Below, piece after piece: positions 14,761 to 28,000 of a stretch of 64,000 bases of DNA. The position numbers and the translations under genes were made by a program. Under the pieces are notes generated by a model. That model was not told where the DNA came from and did not search any database. It saw only the letters and a program-made list of their open reading frames with translations. Each line of letters begins with the position of its first letter. Position 1 is the stretch's first letter. The DNA is taken from the NCBI GenBank assembly GCA_028826165.1, contig JAPDFW010000083.1:248001-312000 (forward strand), in the 5' to 3' direction. The stretch is from Anaeramoeba ignava BMAN. Taxonomy: Eukaryota > Protista > Anaeramoebae.

Positions 14761-15067
14761 ATTAAACTTTTCTTCAATTAATTTCTTTTTTTTTTTAGAC
14801 TAAAAAGAAATTAAAAAAAAATAAAAGGAAAAATCATAAAGAAATTAAATTAAATTTTTTATTTAAATTTTAATAAGATTTAAAAATAGAGTTAAAAGAA
14901 AATTGTTTATTATTTTTTCGAATGAAAAATAAAATTAACAAAAAATATTTTTATTTTATTTAAAAAAGAAAAAATTTTAATCAATTTTTTTTCATTCTTC
15001 TTTTTATCAATTTTTTTATTAATCTTTGAAAAATTTTCTAAATTTACTTTTTTAAAAATAAAATCAA

Positions 15068-15655
15068 ATGATTCAATCAATCAAAAGTGTTTTAGTTGGA
15101 GATGGAAGTGTAGGAAAAACCTGTTTATTACTTTCATATACAACAAATTCATTTCCAGTTGATTATATTCCGACAGTATTTGATAATTATTCAGCAAACA
15201 CAATGTACAAAAACAAGGTTATTAATTTATGTTTATGGGATACAGCAGGACAAGAAGATTATGATCGACTTCGACCGTTATCTTATCCACAAACAGATGT
15301 TTTTGTTGTTTGCTTTTCTTTGATTTCCAGATCTTCTTTTGAAAATGTCAAAACCAAATGGATTCCTGAAATTCGTCATCATTGTCCTAATTCTCCTATT
15401 GTTTTAGTTGGAACTAAATTGGATCTTAGATCAGATTCAAATATTATCTCAAAATTGGAAGCTAAAAATTCTTCTCCTGTTTCTTATCAAGAAGGTTATG
15501 ACTTGGCTCAGCAAATTCATGCTTATAAATATGTTGAATGTTCTGCTTTGACTCAAAAAAATCTTTTTAATGTTTTTGATGAAACTATTGCTGCTGTTCT
15601 TGAACCAAAAACTTCAAATGATAAGAAAAAAAGAAAAAAGTGTTCAATTCTTTAA
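15068..15655 (+). CDS. Rho-family GTPase, Rac-like
   Basis: [43 protein letters not shown] and ECSA motifs. Polybasic tail plus CaaX ([10 protein letters not shown]). Confidence 0.97.
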   Translation: MIQSIKSVLVGDGSVGKTCLLLSYTTNSFPVDYIPTVFDNYSANTMYKNKVINLCLWDTAGQEDYDRLRPLSYPQTDVFVVCFSLISRSSFENVKTKWIPEIRHHCPNSPIVLVGTKLDLRSDSNIISKLEAKNSSPVSYQEGYDLAQQIHAYKYVECSALTQKNLFNVFDETIAAVLEPKTSNDKKKRKKCSIL

Positions 15656-16115
15656 AATGATTTTATATTTCTGTTTTTGTTTTTGTTTTTTAATTTTATT
15701 TTTGCAAAAAGATTTGTTTTTTAATTTTTCTTAAAAATCCAATTTGGATAAATAAAGAAAATATCAAATTTAAATTATATTTTGTTTTTGATTTGAATTG
15801 AATTAAATTTAAATTATATTTTGTTTTTGATTTGAATATTGAATTTAAATTGAATTGAATTGAATATTGAATTGAATATTGAATTGAATATTGAATTGAA
15901 TATTAAATTTAAATTTAAATTATATTTTGTTTTTGATTTTGAATTAAATTTAAATTTAAATTATATTTTGTTTTTAAAATTAAATTCAATTTTCTTTTTT
16001 TCATTTGATTTCATTTCATTTGATTTATTTCCCATTCAAAAATCAAATTCGGATAAAAAAATAAAAAAGAATTAATTCCTTTTTTTTTTGTGTTTTTTTT
16101 AAGAAATAAAAGAAA

Positions 16116-16550
16116 TCAATTTGAAACAATTGGAAGGTCATATTTAATGCAAGTAACCTGTTGATTATTATTATCAATAACTTCAATTTGACCAGAATAT
16201 TCACCAGAAGGAACATAAGAAGGGATAGTTTCAGTAACTTGGAAATGAAGAACAGGATCAGTAATTGGACAAGTAATATTAATAATTGAGCAAAAATTTT
16301 CTTGAATTTGCAAAATTTTGATTCCATTAAAATAAACAGTTGCATAAGCTGTTGCTGCATCAATTTTCCTTAAAACATCTGCATCTAAATGAATAGTAAA
16401 TAATTTTCCAGATTCTGGTGGATCTGGTATAAATGTTAATGATTTTATCTTCAATGTATCATTTGATTCACTGCAATCAGTCCAATCATTTGTAAAGCAA
16501 AAATTAAAAAGAATTGGAAGAAATAAAAGGAAAATTAAAGAGAAATTCAT
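16116..16550 (-). CDS. Secreted ML-domain (MD-2/NPC2-like) lipid-binding protein
   Basis: Signal peptide, then WTDC...LTFIPDPP...FC...CPI...IPSYVPSGEY...TCI, the ML-domain cysteine pattern. Confidence 0.88.
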   Translation of the reverse strand: MNFSLIFLLFLPILFNFCFTNDWTDCSESNDTLKIKSLTFIPDPPESGKLFTIHLDADVLRKIDAATAYATVYFNGIKILQIQENFCSIINITCPITDPVLHFQVTETIPSYVPSGEYSGQIEVIDNNNQQVTCIKYDLPIVSN

Positions 16551-16636
16551 TTATTGTTTTTTTTTTGAAAAAGTAAAAAAAAATGAATTTTATTTTTTTT
16601 CATTTTTTTCCTAATTTTTTTATTTTTTAATTTAAT

Positions 16637-18968
16637 ATGGAAAATGAAATAAAAACTTTAATAAAATGTAAATTTAAATTAAAATTCATTTATAAAATTT
16701 AAATTAAAATTCATTTATAAAATTTAAATTAAAATTCATTTTAAATAAAAAGATACAAAACATCCAAAGAAAAAAAGAAAAAGAACAAAACACAAAATTA
16801 ACGATAAATCAATAAATAAAACAATTACTTCAATCCAAGAAAAAGCAAAAAAAAACGGACTTAAAACAGAAGAAATTGAGCAACTTTTAAATATTTGCGT
16901 TTCAAAAAAATTCAACGAAAAACAAATTGAAAAAATAATTTATTGTTTAATCCCAATAAGTTATATTGGAGAACAGCCACTTGTTTTAATAATGTCTCAC
17001 TTTACAAACCTTAATCACAAAATTCAAAAGAAATTTCTTGAATGGATCGCAATTATAATTGATTTTATTGACCCAAAATTTAGCATCAGAAAATTTTACT
17101 TTATTTTTTTCCATTTTCTTTATTATGATTCATTAAGACCAATTTTATGTTATATTTTATTTAAAATTTCAACAAGACAAGATGTCACTAAATTCAGAAT
17201 CGACAAACTACTTCAATATAATAGTCGATTCCCTGATGAAACTGGGATCATTGGGTTATTGCAATGCTACCAAGACTTGAATCCAAACGAAATTATTATC
17301 CCAATTTCAAATCCAAAAAAAATAACAATTTTAAACAAAAAAACCAAAAAAGAAAAATCAAATCAAATCCAAAAGAATTTTTTCAATGAAAAAAACATTC
17401 ATCAAATATCTTTAAATGAGAAAATCGATGGTGCCGAAAGTATTGGGAATATCAAGCAAGAGGAGGCTTATGAGTATGATATGGATGAAGCAAATATTGC
17501 GCATTACTTTTACCAACCTGATCAAAAATTAAGGGATTTAATAATTACAACACGGTTCAACTTGCAATTCCAGGAACAAAAAAAAGAACCAAATGAACCC
17601 AACAATGAAAATACTAATAATAGCAATAATGACACACAAGAAAATCCACAAATCATCCCGCAAATCAAACAAGTTGAAAACATCAAAAATCGACTCAAAT
17701 TACAAAAATTTCATGAATTGGAAAATTTAATTATGAAAACAAACATTTATGAAGAACGTGAAATGGCAAAATCCATTTTCGAGAATCCAATATCCACATC
17801 ATTATTCTCCTTTAAATTTTCAGACGCAACCATTCTTCAAACTGGAAGTTGGATTTCAAGGCTTTTGGAAGAGGAGTTTCTCTTCAAAAAAACGGACGAA
17901 TTTGATGAAATAAATTATTCAAATCAAAAAAAAATACTCAAAAAACTTGTTAAATTCTCAGTAAAATTCAACGAAAATTTGCATGAAGTGGATTCGTTTT
18001 TATTTAAATTTATACCGAAATGGAATGGAGAAATATTTCAAGAGGAAATTTTATCATTAGTTTCCAAAATCAAACCAAAACAATTCAGTGATTTATGTTC
18101 AAACATTTTCCAGCATTTGAAAAGATTGATGATTTTGAAAGACAACAATTTTCGGGCACTTATAGTCAGGATGTTGACAAAACTAGTGAGTTTTTGGGTG
18201 ATGAAGTGCCCGCTCGATGAGGACAAAGTGGAGCAATATTACTCTTCAGAAGAAAACAAGAAAGAGTATCCTCATCAATGGAATTTTTTATTTTCAACGG
18301 AAAAATTGGATTTCATTCCCATTCTTCATGATACACTGATTTATTTTGACCAAATTTTTGTGGCTATTCTTTTGGATGATTCAAAACCCAATTCACAAAT
18401 TATTCACCCCATTTTGAGTCACTATGAATTTACATCAAATTTGACACGATTCCATCACTTCCCTTTTGTGGTTCAGCCGCATATTGTTATTCCGTTGCGG
18501 GTTCTTTTACTTCCTCCTGTTTATTTGTCGAGAATGTGCAGTATTCTTGTGAAATTTGGATATGAATTTGAAAAATTCAAGTCAGTTCACCATTTAAAAT
18601 CAATCGGCGCTTTTGAAAATGAAATCAATCAATTATATAATTTTGAACTTGTTATTCAGTTGTATTCCGATTTTTTGTGGAAAGGTTCTTGTTCCAAGAA
18701 AAATCTTGAGTTCTTGCAAATTCCATCAAGAATTCTTAACGAATTCAAATCTCAAAATCAAGAAATTGGAGGTTTATTTTCTATTTTTGGATCAAAATTT
18801 GAAGATTATTTGAAAATGTTTGGTAAAATTAATAAAATGGAAATATCAAATATAAAGAATAGTACAATTAAAAAGAAGAAGAAATATTTAGATTTTTTAA
18901 AGAATATGAAACTTGAAGGAATATATTTCTTTTTGAATTCTCAAATCGTTTCAAAAAAATTAAAATAA
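16637..18968 (+). CDS. CENPI: Centromere protein I (CENP-I/Mis6/Ctf3), 2 exons (16637-16667, 16753-18968)
   Basis: Recognisable CENP-I blocks: AKKNGLKTEEIEQLLNICVSKKF...CLIP, FFHFLYYDSLRPILCYILFKISTRQDVTKFRIDKLL and FLFKFIPKWNG. These compare with human NGLASEEIDILL, LCPYVCHLLYLLTKKENVKPFRVRKLL and FLYKSLPLWDG, recalled from memory. Confidence 0.85.
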
Positions 18969-19030
18969 ATTAAGAAAACAAAATTCAAAATTTAAAATTT
19001 ATTATTTGAATTAAATTAAATTAAATTAAA

Positions 19031-22000
19031 TTAAACAAAATTATATTGACCATAAAGTAAATCTCTAATTTTATAATAATCCTCATTGATTTCTCCTTCA
19101 AGAACAATTTCTTCACCATCTTTATTCATTGAAATTCCGCCTTGACAAACAAGACTACCATCAACAAATTGAGCATTTATTCCTTTTTCAGTGAGTTTTT
19201 CTCTAAATTTAGAAAGTTTTAAATCACCAATAAAAATAAAATCATGACCTTCCATTGAAACATCAGAAACAGGTTCAAGCAAAGGTATTTTTTCATAAGT
19301 TTCGAAATGAAGAAGAGAGTCAATAAAAGCGATTCGATAAGAATCTTGTTCAACAAAATTAAGTGATTGTAAAAACTCATCAGAAAAGGCAGCTTTGACC
19401 ATATTTGTGTTTGATGAGATATCCATTGTCTCATCACAACGCGGCGCAAGAATTGAGTTGGAGGTATTTAAGTAGTTCAGATATTCAGACAGATGAGATG
19501 TTTCTTGTTCGGCGCCATGAACGATGACAAGCTTTCTTGGTTTGACATGAGAAATGATATTTTTAACAGATTTCCCGTCTGATCTTCCTTCCAAATCAAC
19601 AAACTTCACCTTGCACAAAAGCTGCAATTGGATCTGCTCTTCCACGAATTTGACTGGTTGATTTTGTTGGAAAATCGGCAGCTTTTGTTCAAGAAGATCA
19701 GACAGTTTAAGCTCATCAATAGCGCCACTTAAATTTTCCACTTGCATTGAGTCATGTCCATAATTTCTTGTAAAATTCTCATCTTGATGAATAATTGAAT
19801 CCTTGTCGTCGCGTTTATTCAGTGATAACGGAATCAGCATAATTTCTTCCTCTCGTTCGGGAAGACGCAACATTGTTGTTGATTTGTTGTAGAAATCATT
19901 TCGGATTTGATTATTATTCGAATCGAATTTATTGTCAAAAAATTGTGGATCAAGTTTTTCTCCATAAGAATCAAACTCATGATTAGAATTAAAAACAGGG
20001 AACATCGGAAAATTAACTCTGGGAAGATTCGGGTTCATGTTTGCAAAGTGCCAAGATATGATATCCTGGCCAAATAACTCTTCCGAAAGAAGTACTGATT
20101 GTTGGACTGTTTCTTCCTTCTCAATTTTCACAAGTTTGTTTCTTGCCACAACCTCTTGTTGCTCAACCATTTCGTCGTCATCTTCTCCGTATTCGTATTC
20201 TATTGCTTTCTGTGCCTGTTCTTCTTGTTCACGAAGTGCCCGTTCTTCAAGGAGATATTTCTCAAGTTCCTCTCCTTCTAATTTTTTCTGTTCGTGATGT
20301 GTTATGCTTATTATTGATATTTTATTTGTTGTTGTTTCTTTGTTTATTAATTCTTGATTCAATGTTTTCTCGTTTTCCCGGTTGATAAAAAGGACTAAGT
20401 TATTTGGGTCTTGACACCATTTGATAAATAATTCTTTCGAAAATCCTGTTTCTAATGTGCTTGATCCTGTTAATACTACTTTAGGTGTGTTTGGGAGTTG
20501 TTCCACTTCTTGTAATGTTGAGCAAATTTTCACGTTTCTTTTTAAGTTTTAATTTTAAATTTAAATTTATAAATGAATTTTAATTTTAAATTTAATTTTA
20601 AATTTATAAATGAATTTTGATTTAATTTTAATTTTATAAATTTTAAATTTTGATTTTGATTGTACTTAAATTCTAATAAACTTTCTGGTATATCTTTAAT
20701 CATCCATTCTGTTGTTGACTGAAAAATATTTATAATTTTATTTGATAAATGATTTAGAAATATTAATGAAAAATATTGTAAATTTTCATCTTCCCAAATT
20801 TTATCTAATATAATTAATAATTCAAGAACTCTAGAAATATCAATTGGAATCAAAACATTTCCTCCTTTTTTTAAAGTTGTTAATACAGATTCTAATTATT
20901 AATTAATAATTTAAATTAATTTATTTTTAATTTATTTTTAATTTATTTTTAATTTATTTTTAATTTTATTTTTAATTTATTTTTAATTTAATACGAGCTA
21001 ATTGAGCGTCACGATCTCTTCTTCTAGGAAGATTTGTTAAACTATTATATGCATCTGTAATAAGAATTGATGGATTTGTAAATGTTTCCAAAAGTGCTGG
21101 TGATAAATGACGTTCTTTAACATGATTATAATCAACAGCATAAATTATCTTTATTTTGAATTTGAATTTGAATTTTAAATTGAATTTGAATTTGATTTTG
21201 AATTTGAATTTTAATTTGAATTTGAATTTTAAATTGAATTTGAATTTTATATTAAATTTTATATTGAATTTGAATTTGATTTTTAAATTGAATTTAAATT
21301 GAATTTGATTTGAATTTGAATTTTATATTGAATTTGAATTTGATTTTAAATTTTATATTGATTTTGAATTTGATTTTAAATTTCAATTTCAATTTCAATT
21401 TGAATTTGATTTTTAAATTGAATTTGATTTTTAAATTGAATTTGATTTTGAATTTGAATTTGATTTTTAAATTGAATTTGATTTTTAAATTGAATTTGAT
21501 TTTTAAATTGAATTTGATTTTGAATTTGAATTTGAATTTAATTTGATTTTGAATTTGTATTTAATTTTTGATTTTGATTTTTGAATGATACTTGATCAAT
21601 TTCTTTAGAAATTTCCCAAATTGCTCCATAAATAAAATATGAATAAATAAAATAAAAATAAATAAAATTTGTAATAAAGTATAAATAAATAAATATATAA
21701 ATAAATATATAAATAAATATATAAATATATAAATAAATATAAAAATATATAAATAAATATATAAATATATAAATAAATAAATAAATATATAAATAAATAT
21801 ATAAATAAATATATAAATAAATAAATATATAAATAAATATATAAATATATAAATAAATAAATATATAAATTAAAACTGTAAAAATCCATTTTTAAATTTT
21901 TATAATTTAGTTTACCTGATAAAGTATGATGTTGTGAATGCTTTAAAAGAATTGCATTTTCAAATGTACGTTCAATATCTTTAAAAGTAAATAAATCAAA

Positions 22001-22400
22001 TTTACGAGTTGACATAATAGATAAAAGTAAATCATCTTGAATCAATTTAGCTAATTTAATAACAGGAGATGTTGCATAAATTGGTGCTGATATTTGAAAA
22101 TGAGAAAAAGCATATGGAAGAGCTCCTGTATGTAAAAAATCTGAATGAGTTAATAAAATTGCATCAATTTTTGAAGCAACTCTATTTCATGTAAAAAAAA
22201 TTTGTTAAAAACTTTTTAAAAAAGAAAAAAATTTTTTTTTTGTGTAAAAACCTTTGAAGTGGTTGAAGAATTGTAATATCAAAATCCTCTGACCATCCAC
22301 AATCTAAAAGAAATGTAAAATCATCAATTTCAAGTAAAAAACAAATTGGTCCATTATTATAAACACCATATAAAGGAGTAAATTGAATAATAGAATTCAT
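19031..22400 (-). CDS. CPSF2: Cleavage and polyadenylation specificity factor 100-kDa subunit, multi-exon
   Basis: FLLDCGW, DAILLTHSDFLHTGALPY, IIYAVDYNH..ERHL, PMFP...DSYGE, VDLEGRSDGKS, VKPRKLVIVHG and C-terminal LEGEINEDYYKIRDLLYGQY. One internal exon looks garbled near 21630-21680. Confidence 0.95.
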
Positions 22401-22479
22401 TTATGAAAAAAAAAATGAAAAAAAATTTTTTCATTTTTTTCATTTTTTTCATTTTTTTCCATTATTTTTTTTTATAGAA
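22401..22479. promoter_or_regulatory. 79-bp bidirectional promoter (CPSF2/MRT4) with back-to-back TCATTTT initiator-like motifs
   Basis: Divergent ATGs at 22400 and 22480. The spacer is atgaaaaaaaaaatgaaaaaaaatt followed by ttttcattttttcatttttttcattttttt, an inverted arrangement of one motif. Confidence 0.7.
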
Positions 22480-24219
22480 ATGCCAAGAAAAAAGTCTCAA
22501 TGTACTTTTCCTTTTTTAAACCTTTTTAAACCTTTTTTTAAATTAAAATCTAATAATAAATAAACAGATTCATTTACAAAAACAAAGAAAGACGGAAAAC
22601 AAAGAAAAGCTAAATTAATTGAAAAAGTTCAAAAAGCTGTTGAACAATACAAATCTATTTGGGTTTTATCTTTTACACATTTTAAACAGGAATATTTTAA
22701 TCAAATTAGACTTGATTGGAGAGATTCAGAGCTTTTCCTTGGTAAAAAAAAAGTAATGCTTGTTGCATTAGGAAGAAATTCAAACGATGAATTTAGACCA
22801 AATCTTTCCAAATTAGGAGATTTTTTAAAAGGAAATTCAGGATTATTTTTCACAAACGAAAAAGAAGAAGATATTCTCAAGTAATTTCATTTTGAATTTG
22901 AATTTGATTTTGATTTTGATTTTGAATTTGAATTTGATTTCGAATTTGTATTTGAATTTGATTTGAATTTTGAATTTGAATTTGATTTTGATTTTGATTT
23001 TGAATTTGAATTTGAATTTGAATTTGAATTTGAATTTGAATTTGATTTTGAATTTGAATTTCATTTTGAATTTGAATTTGATTTTGAATTTGAATTTGAA
23101 TTTGAATTTGAATTTGAATTTGAATTTGAATTTCATTTTGATTTTGAATTTGAATTTGAATTTGAATTTGAATTTGAATTTGAATTTCAATTTCAATTTG
23201 AATTTGAATTTGTATTTGAATTTTATTTTCAATTTGAATTTGAATTTGAATTTGGATTTTATTTTCAATTTGAATTTGAATTTGAATTTGAATTTGAATT
23301 TGAATTTGAATTTGAATTTGAATTTGAATTTGAATTTGATTTTGAATTTGTATTTGAATTTGAATTTGAATTTGAATTTCATTTTGAATTTGAATTTCAT
23401 TTTGAATTTGAATTTGAATTTGAATTTGAATTTGAATTTGAATTTGAATTTGAATTTGAATTTGAATTTGAATTTGAATTTTATTTTGATTTTGATTTTG
23501 ATTTCATTTTGAATTTGAATTTGAATTTGAATTTGAATTTGAATTTGAATTTGAATTTGAATTTGAATTTGAATTTGATTTTGAATTTGAATTTTATTTT
23601 GATTTTGATTTTGAATTGAATTTTATTTTTCTTTTTCTTAAAAAAATAAAAAAAGATACTTTTCTCAACTTCGTGTTGCTTCTTATGCTATTGCTGGTGA
23701 AACTGCAACTGAGACTGTTACATTACAAAAAGGTCCATATCCTCAATTCCCTCATTCTATGGAACCTTTTCTCAGGAATTTAGGAATCCCCACAACACTC
23801 TCAAAACGTTATTTATTATATGAAAATTATTTTTTTTAACAAAAAAAACTAATTTAAAAATACCTTTTTTTTCTTTTATCAAAATTTAGAAGTTGTTAAT
23901 GTTGTTGCTGATTATATTGTTTGTGAGAAAGGAAAGCCATTAACTTCTGAAGCTGCAAGAATATTAGTAATTTATCATCTTATAATTTTTATAAACTTTA
24001 CTTTCTAAAAATTATTATAATTATAATTAATCAATTAATTAATTAATTAATTAGAAATTACTTCAAATCCAAATGTCTTCTTTAAATGTTCAATGTCTTT
24101 GTTGTTGGAATAATTCAAAAATTACAACCTTTAATCAAAATAATAATGATAAAGTTGATAAAGAAAAGACAAATTCAAATATGGAAGAGGAAGACGAAAA
24201 GGAAAAACAAAAGAAATGA
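22480..24219 (+). CDS. MRT4: Ribosome assembly factor Mrt4 (uL10 paralogue), 5 exons; absent from the ORF track
   Basis: Exons read MPRKKSQ|YSFTKTKK...LFLGKKKVMLVALGRNSNDEFRPNLSKLGDFLKGNSGLFFTN...|YAIAGETATETVTLQKGPYPQFPHSMEPFLRNLGIPT...|VCEKGKPLTSEAARIL|KLL..., ending in an acidic tail. Confidence 0.93.
22885..23620. repeat. Intronic (tttgaa)n hexamer repeat in MRT4 intron 2
   Basis: Tandem hexamer. It is the source of the spurious FE/LN/KF ORFs. Confidence 0.95.
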
Positions 24220-24387
24220 ATCTTTTTTTTTCCTTCCATTTAATTCAAAATAATTTTAGATTTTCTTTTTAAAACAACAATTATTTTTGCATTTCAAAAT
24301 ATTTCAAGAATAATAAATTTAGACTTCAAATTAATTCATTATTTAGCAATTTAAATTTTAGGCTAGCATTTATTATAATTTATTTTT

Positions 24388-24824
24388 TTATAATGTTTCA
24401 TTATCAAAATGATTTTTTTTCTGGATTGGTCTTTGTGAATAAGCTCTATGAAGGAAATCTAATAATTGATGACAATCTCCAACAATCTATTTATAATTTT
24501 AAAAAATTTAAAATTCAATTTATAAAATTTAAAATTTAAAATTCAATTTAAAAAATTTAATTTAATAATTACTTTTGAAAATTGTTTTTCTCCTTCTTTT
24601 AAAGTTTGATTAATTTGATTTCTTGTTTGAACTTTTTTTGTTAAACTTTCTTTTATAAAAACTAATTTAGATTCAATCGTTTTTAATTCTTCTTCAAGTC
24701 GAACTTTTTCTTCTTGTTCAAAATTAATTTGTTCTTCAATTTTATTTTTTTCTTCTTGTAATCTTTCAATAAATCTAACTAATTCATTATTATAATTTTG
24801 AAGATCTGCTGCTTGATTTGACAT
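24388..24824 (-). CDS. SSNA1: SSNA1/DIP13/NA14 microtubule-associated coiled-coil protein, 2 exons (intron 24487-24572)
   Basis: [26 protein letters not shown]...EEKVRLEEEL...SLTKKVQTRNQINQTL, compared with human [22 protein letters not shown]...LARKIASRNEFDRTI. Exon 2 begins IVGDCHQLLDFL. Confidence 0.9.
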
Positions 24825-24904
24825 TTTTAATTTTTAATTTTTAATTTAATTTAATTCTAAAAAAAAAAAATGATAAAATAATCAAAAAGAAAAAAATTTT
24901 TTTT

Positions 24905-24980
24905 TTGACATTTTTTAATTTTAAAGGAAATTTGACTTTGACAAATTAAAAAAAAAAGTCAAAAAAAGTCAAAAAGTCAA
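24905..24980. promoter_or_regulatory. Cluster of six TTGAC motifs (3 forward, 3 reverse) in the SSNA1/RasGEF divergent promoter
   Basis: TTGAC at 24905, 24932 and 24938; GTCAA at 24958, 24968 and 24976. The surrounding spacer is almost G/C-free. Confidence 0.5.
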
Positions 24981-25073
24981 AAAAAAAAGGAGAATTTGAT
25001 AAGAATTATTTTTTAATTTTTATTTTTCATTTTTTTCATTTTTTTCATTTTTTTTTCTTTTTGATTTTTTATT

Positions 25074-28000
25074 ATGATTGATTTTTCAAAAAATTCTCAT
25101 CATCAACTTGTTGAAATTGCAAATAAACTTAAACAAGAAAATGATAGAAATACAAGAAAAATAACATTACTTGAAGATAATTTAAAAAAAAATGAAGTAA
25201 AATTGAAAAGAAATTAAAAAAGAAAAAATTATTAAATAGAAAATTTTTTTTGAAAAATTAAAAGACATTATATTCTCAACAAAGATGGTTTTATAGAAAT
25301 AAAATTAAAGAAATGATTGAAAAAATGTCTCAAATTGAAAAATATAAAGATAAATATGAAGTTGTAAGTGATTAAATAAATTGATTTTATTTTTATTTTC
25401 CGATTTTAATTTTTGTCATTAATAAAAAATAGATTTCTTCTCAAAAACAATATTCAACAAAAAAAATTAATCAACTTGAAGAAAAAATCCAAAAAATGGA
25501 AGTAAAAAATTTTTCAAACAACAAAAAAAAAAAAGAAAAACATTTTTAAATTAATTCAAAAAGCAAAATTTTTTAAAATGTAAAAATTTATTCAGGAAAA
25601 TGAAAAAAAAATTGAAAGTGAAATATTTTCAAGTTTTAAAGAAAGAGTAAATGCTATTGTTAAAGATAGAGATGATCTTTATTCACAATTATCCAAATTA
25701 CAAAATCAAATTGAAGAAAAAGACTTGGAAATTCACAAAAATAAACAATTATTTAATGATTTAATTGAAGAAATTAATGAAAAAGAAAGTTTAATCAAAG
25801 AAAGAGAAAAAAATGTCCAAGAGTTTTTCCAAAAAACAAAATTGGAAGAAGAAACTTTGCAACAAAAATATGAACAAATCAAACAAGAATTAGAAGCAGA
25901 AAAAAAAGATAGACAAAATGAAAAGGAAATGGTTAAACAAGAAGATGAATCAATTCGAAATAAAATCATTTTATTGATCCAACAAAGAAATGCACTAAAT
26001 AAAACAAATCAAGGCATTATCTGTATAAATTTGAATTATAATATCATCCAAAAAAATTCCTTTTTTATTTTGTGGAATTCATTTCAATTCATTTCAATTA
26101 ATTTAGGAAAAAACCAACAATACAACAATTCAATTATTAAATAATCAAATTCAAGAATTGCATATTGATATTTATAAATTACAAACAGAAAAAGATTTAC
26201 AAAATACAGAAATTTCAGAATTGAAAACATTACTTCAAGTATAAAAACCAAATTAAAACCAATTTATTTAACAAAATGTCAAAAATATAAATACAAAATT
26301 TTTTTTTAGAATAAAGAAAAGGAATTAGTGATGAATTACGAAAAAAGTCTTCGTGATTTTACAAGAAAAAGCAGAATTTGAAAAGAATGAACTCCAAAAA
26401 CAACTTGAAAAAGTATTAAATTAAAATTAAAAATTAAAATTAAAAAATTAAAAAATTAAAATTAAAAAATTAAAAGCAAAATCAAGCAAAATTTGTTCAA
26501 AAATATGGGGAATTAATTTATGAAAATGAGGATCTTCGAAAAGATGTTGCTTTGTTAAGCCAAGAAAAAACAACACTTCAGATTGAAAATAATAAAAACG
26601 AAAAGCAAATCAAACAACTGAAAAAAGAAATTGAGGAACTGAAAAAAGAAAACCAACAAATTAGCAAAGAAAAGAAAGAGTATTACAAAGTGTATATGGA
26701 ACAACAATCAAAAATGAAGTGGTTGGAAATGGAAAATCAAGAGAAACAACAACTGATTTTGGACAACAAATCAACACACAATTTAATCAAGCATTTGCAA
26801 AGTAACTTATATGAAACAAGAACAGAAAAGGAACAATATGTTATTGAAAAAGAAGATATTTTACGTCAAAATGAAGAGCTTCACAAAATGGTTACTTTTA
26901 AGGAAAATCAAATTTTACAAATGATCTCAGAAAAAAGTATTTTGGAAGAGCAAGTCAGACAACTTATCAAGAAAAACCAAGATTTGGAAATTGCTCATTT
27001 GCAAATTTCCAAAAGCAACCTTCCAGTAAATGAGCAACCACTTGAAAATAAGCAAGAAATTTCAAAAAATCTTGAAGAAAAATTAACTGACAAAATCAAT
27101 AAGAAAAGAATCAAAAATCATGTTCTCCAAAAGGGTTTAGCAAATGCAACAGAAAAGCTTACAGAAACACAAAAAGAGAATTCGAGAATCAGAGAAGAAT
27201 CAATCAAATTAAAAGCCGAGATTGAGCTTCTTAAGTTTGAAAAAAACCAATTAAAATATGAGATTGAAGATGAAAAACAACGAGGATTAAATCAGATTGG
27301 AAAATATGAATCTACAATTAATGTTCTAAAGAAATTAAATCCTGTTGAACCAAATTTTACATCAACAAATAACGATGAAATGGTTCAAATTTTAAAAGAG
27401 TTTCTTGATACAAAAGTAAAAAAGATAATAACAATAATAACAATAATAGAAAATAACAATAATAATTCAAAATCAAAATCAAAATTAAAAATAAGGGAGG
27501 GAATCTTGACACAAAAATTCTTGAATTGGAAGATCCAAATCAATTAATCTTTGAAAGACAAGAACAAAAAATATCTGTTCGTTATGCTTCTTTTGATATG
27601 CTGATCGAACTTTTAATTAATGAACACAATCAAGATCCAGAATATTTATTTACATTTTTAATGGTGATTCGGAAATTTGCTGATCAAATAAAAGCTTTGG
27701 AAAATTTATTTATATTATTTAAGAAAATGACACATGAAGAATTGAAGAAAATGGGGAAGCAAAAAAAAACCAAAATGGAAAAACGAAATGAAAAAAAAAA
27801 AATACAAAAAAACAATTCAGCACAAAACGAAGTTAATGAAGAAGACTTCCCACGGATTGAAATGAATGAAAATAAAAGAGACAAGAACGAAAAAAAGGAA
27901 AAAACAGATTTCCTTTTTGAGCAAAAACGAATTGTTACTTTGATTTGGTTGTGGGTGGAAAATTATTCACTTGATTTCTCAAAATATCCAAAAGTATCCG

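Noticed and set aside
13752-14777. ORFs of YLNL/FKFV/NLNT repeats (also 2225-2596, 21310-21546, 22843-23619, 52671-52868, 53711-54338, 55876-56101)
   Set aside because: These are stop-free translations of microsatellites in introns, intergenic DNA or antisense strands.
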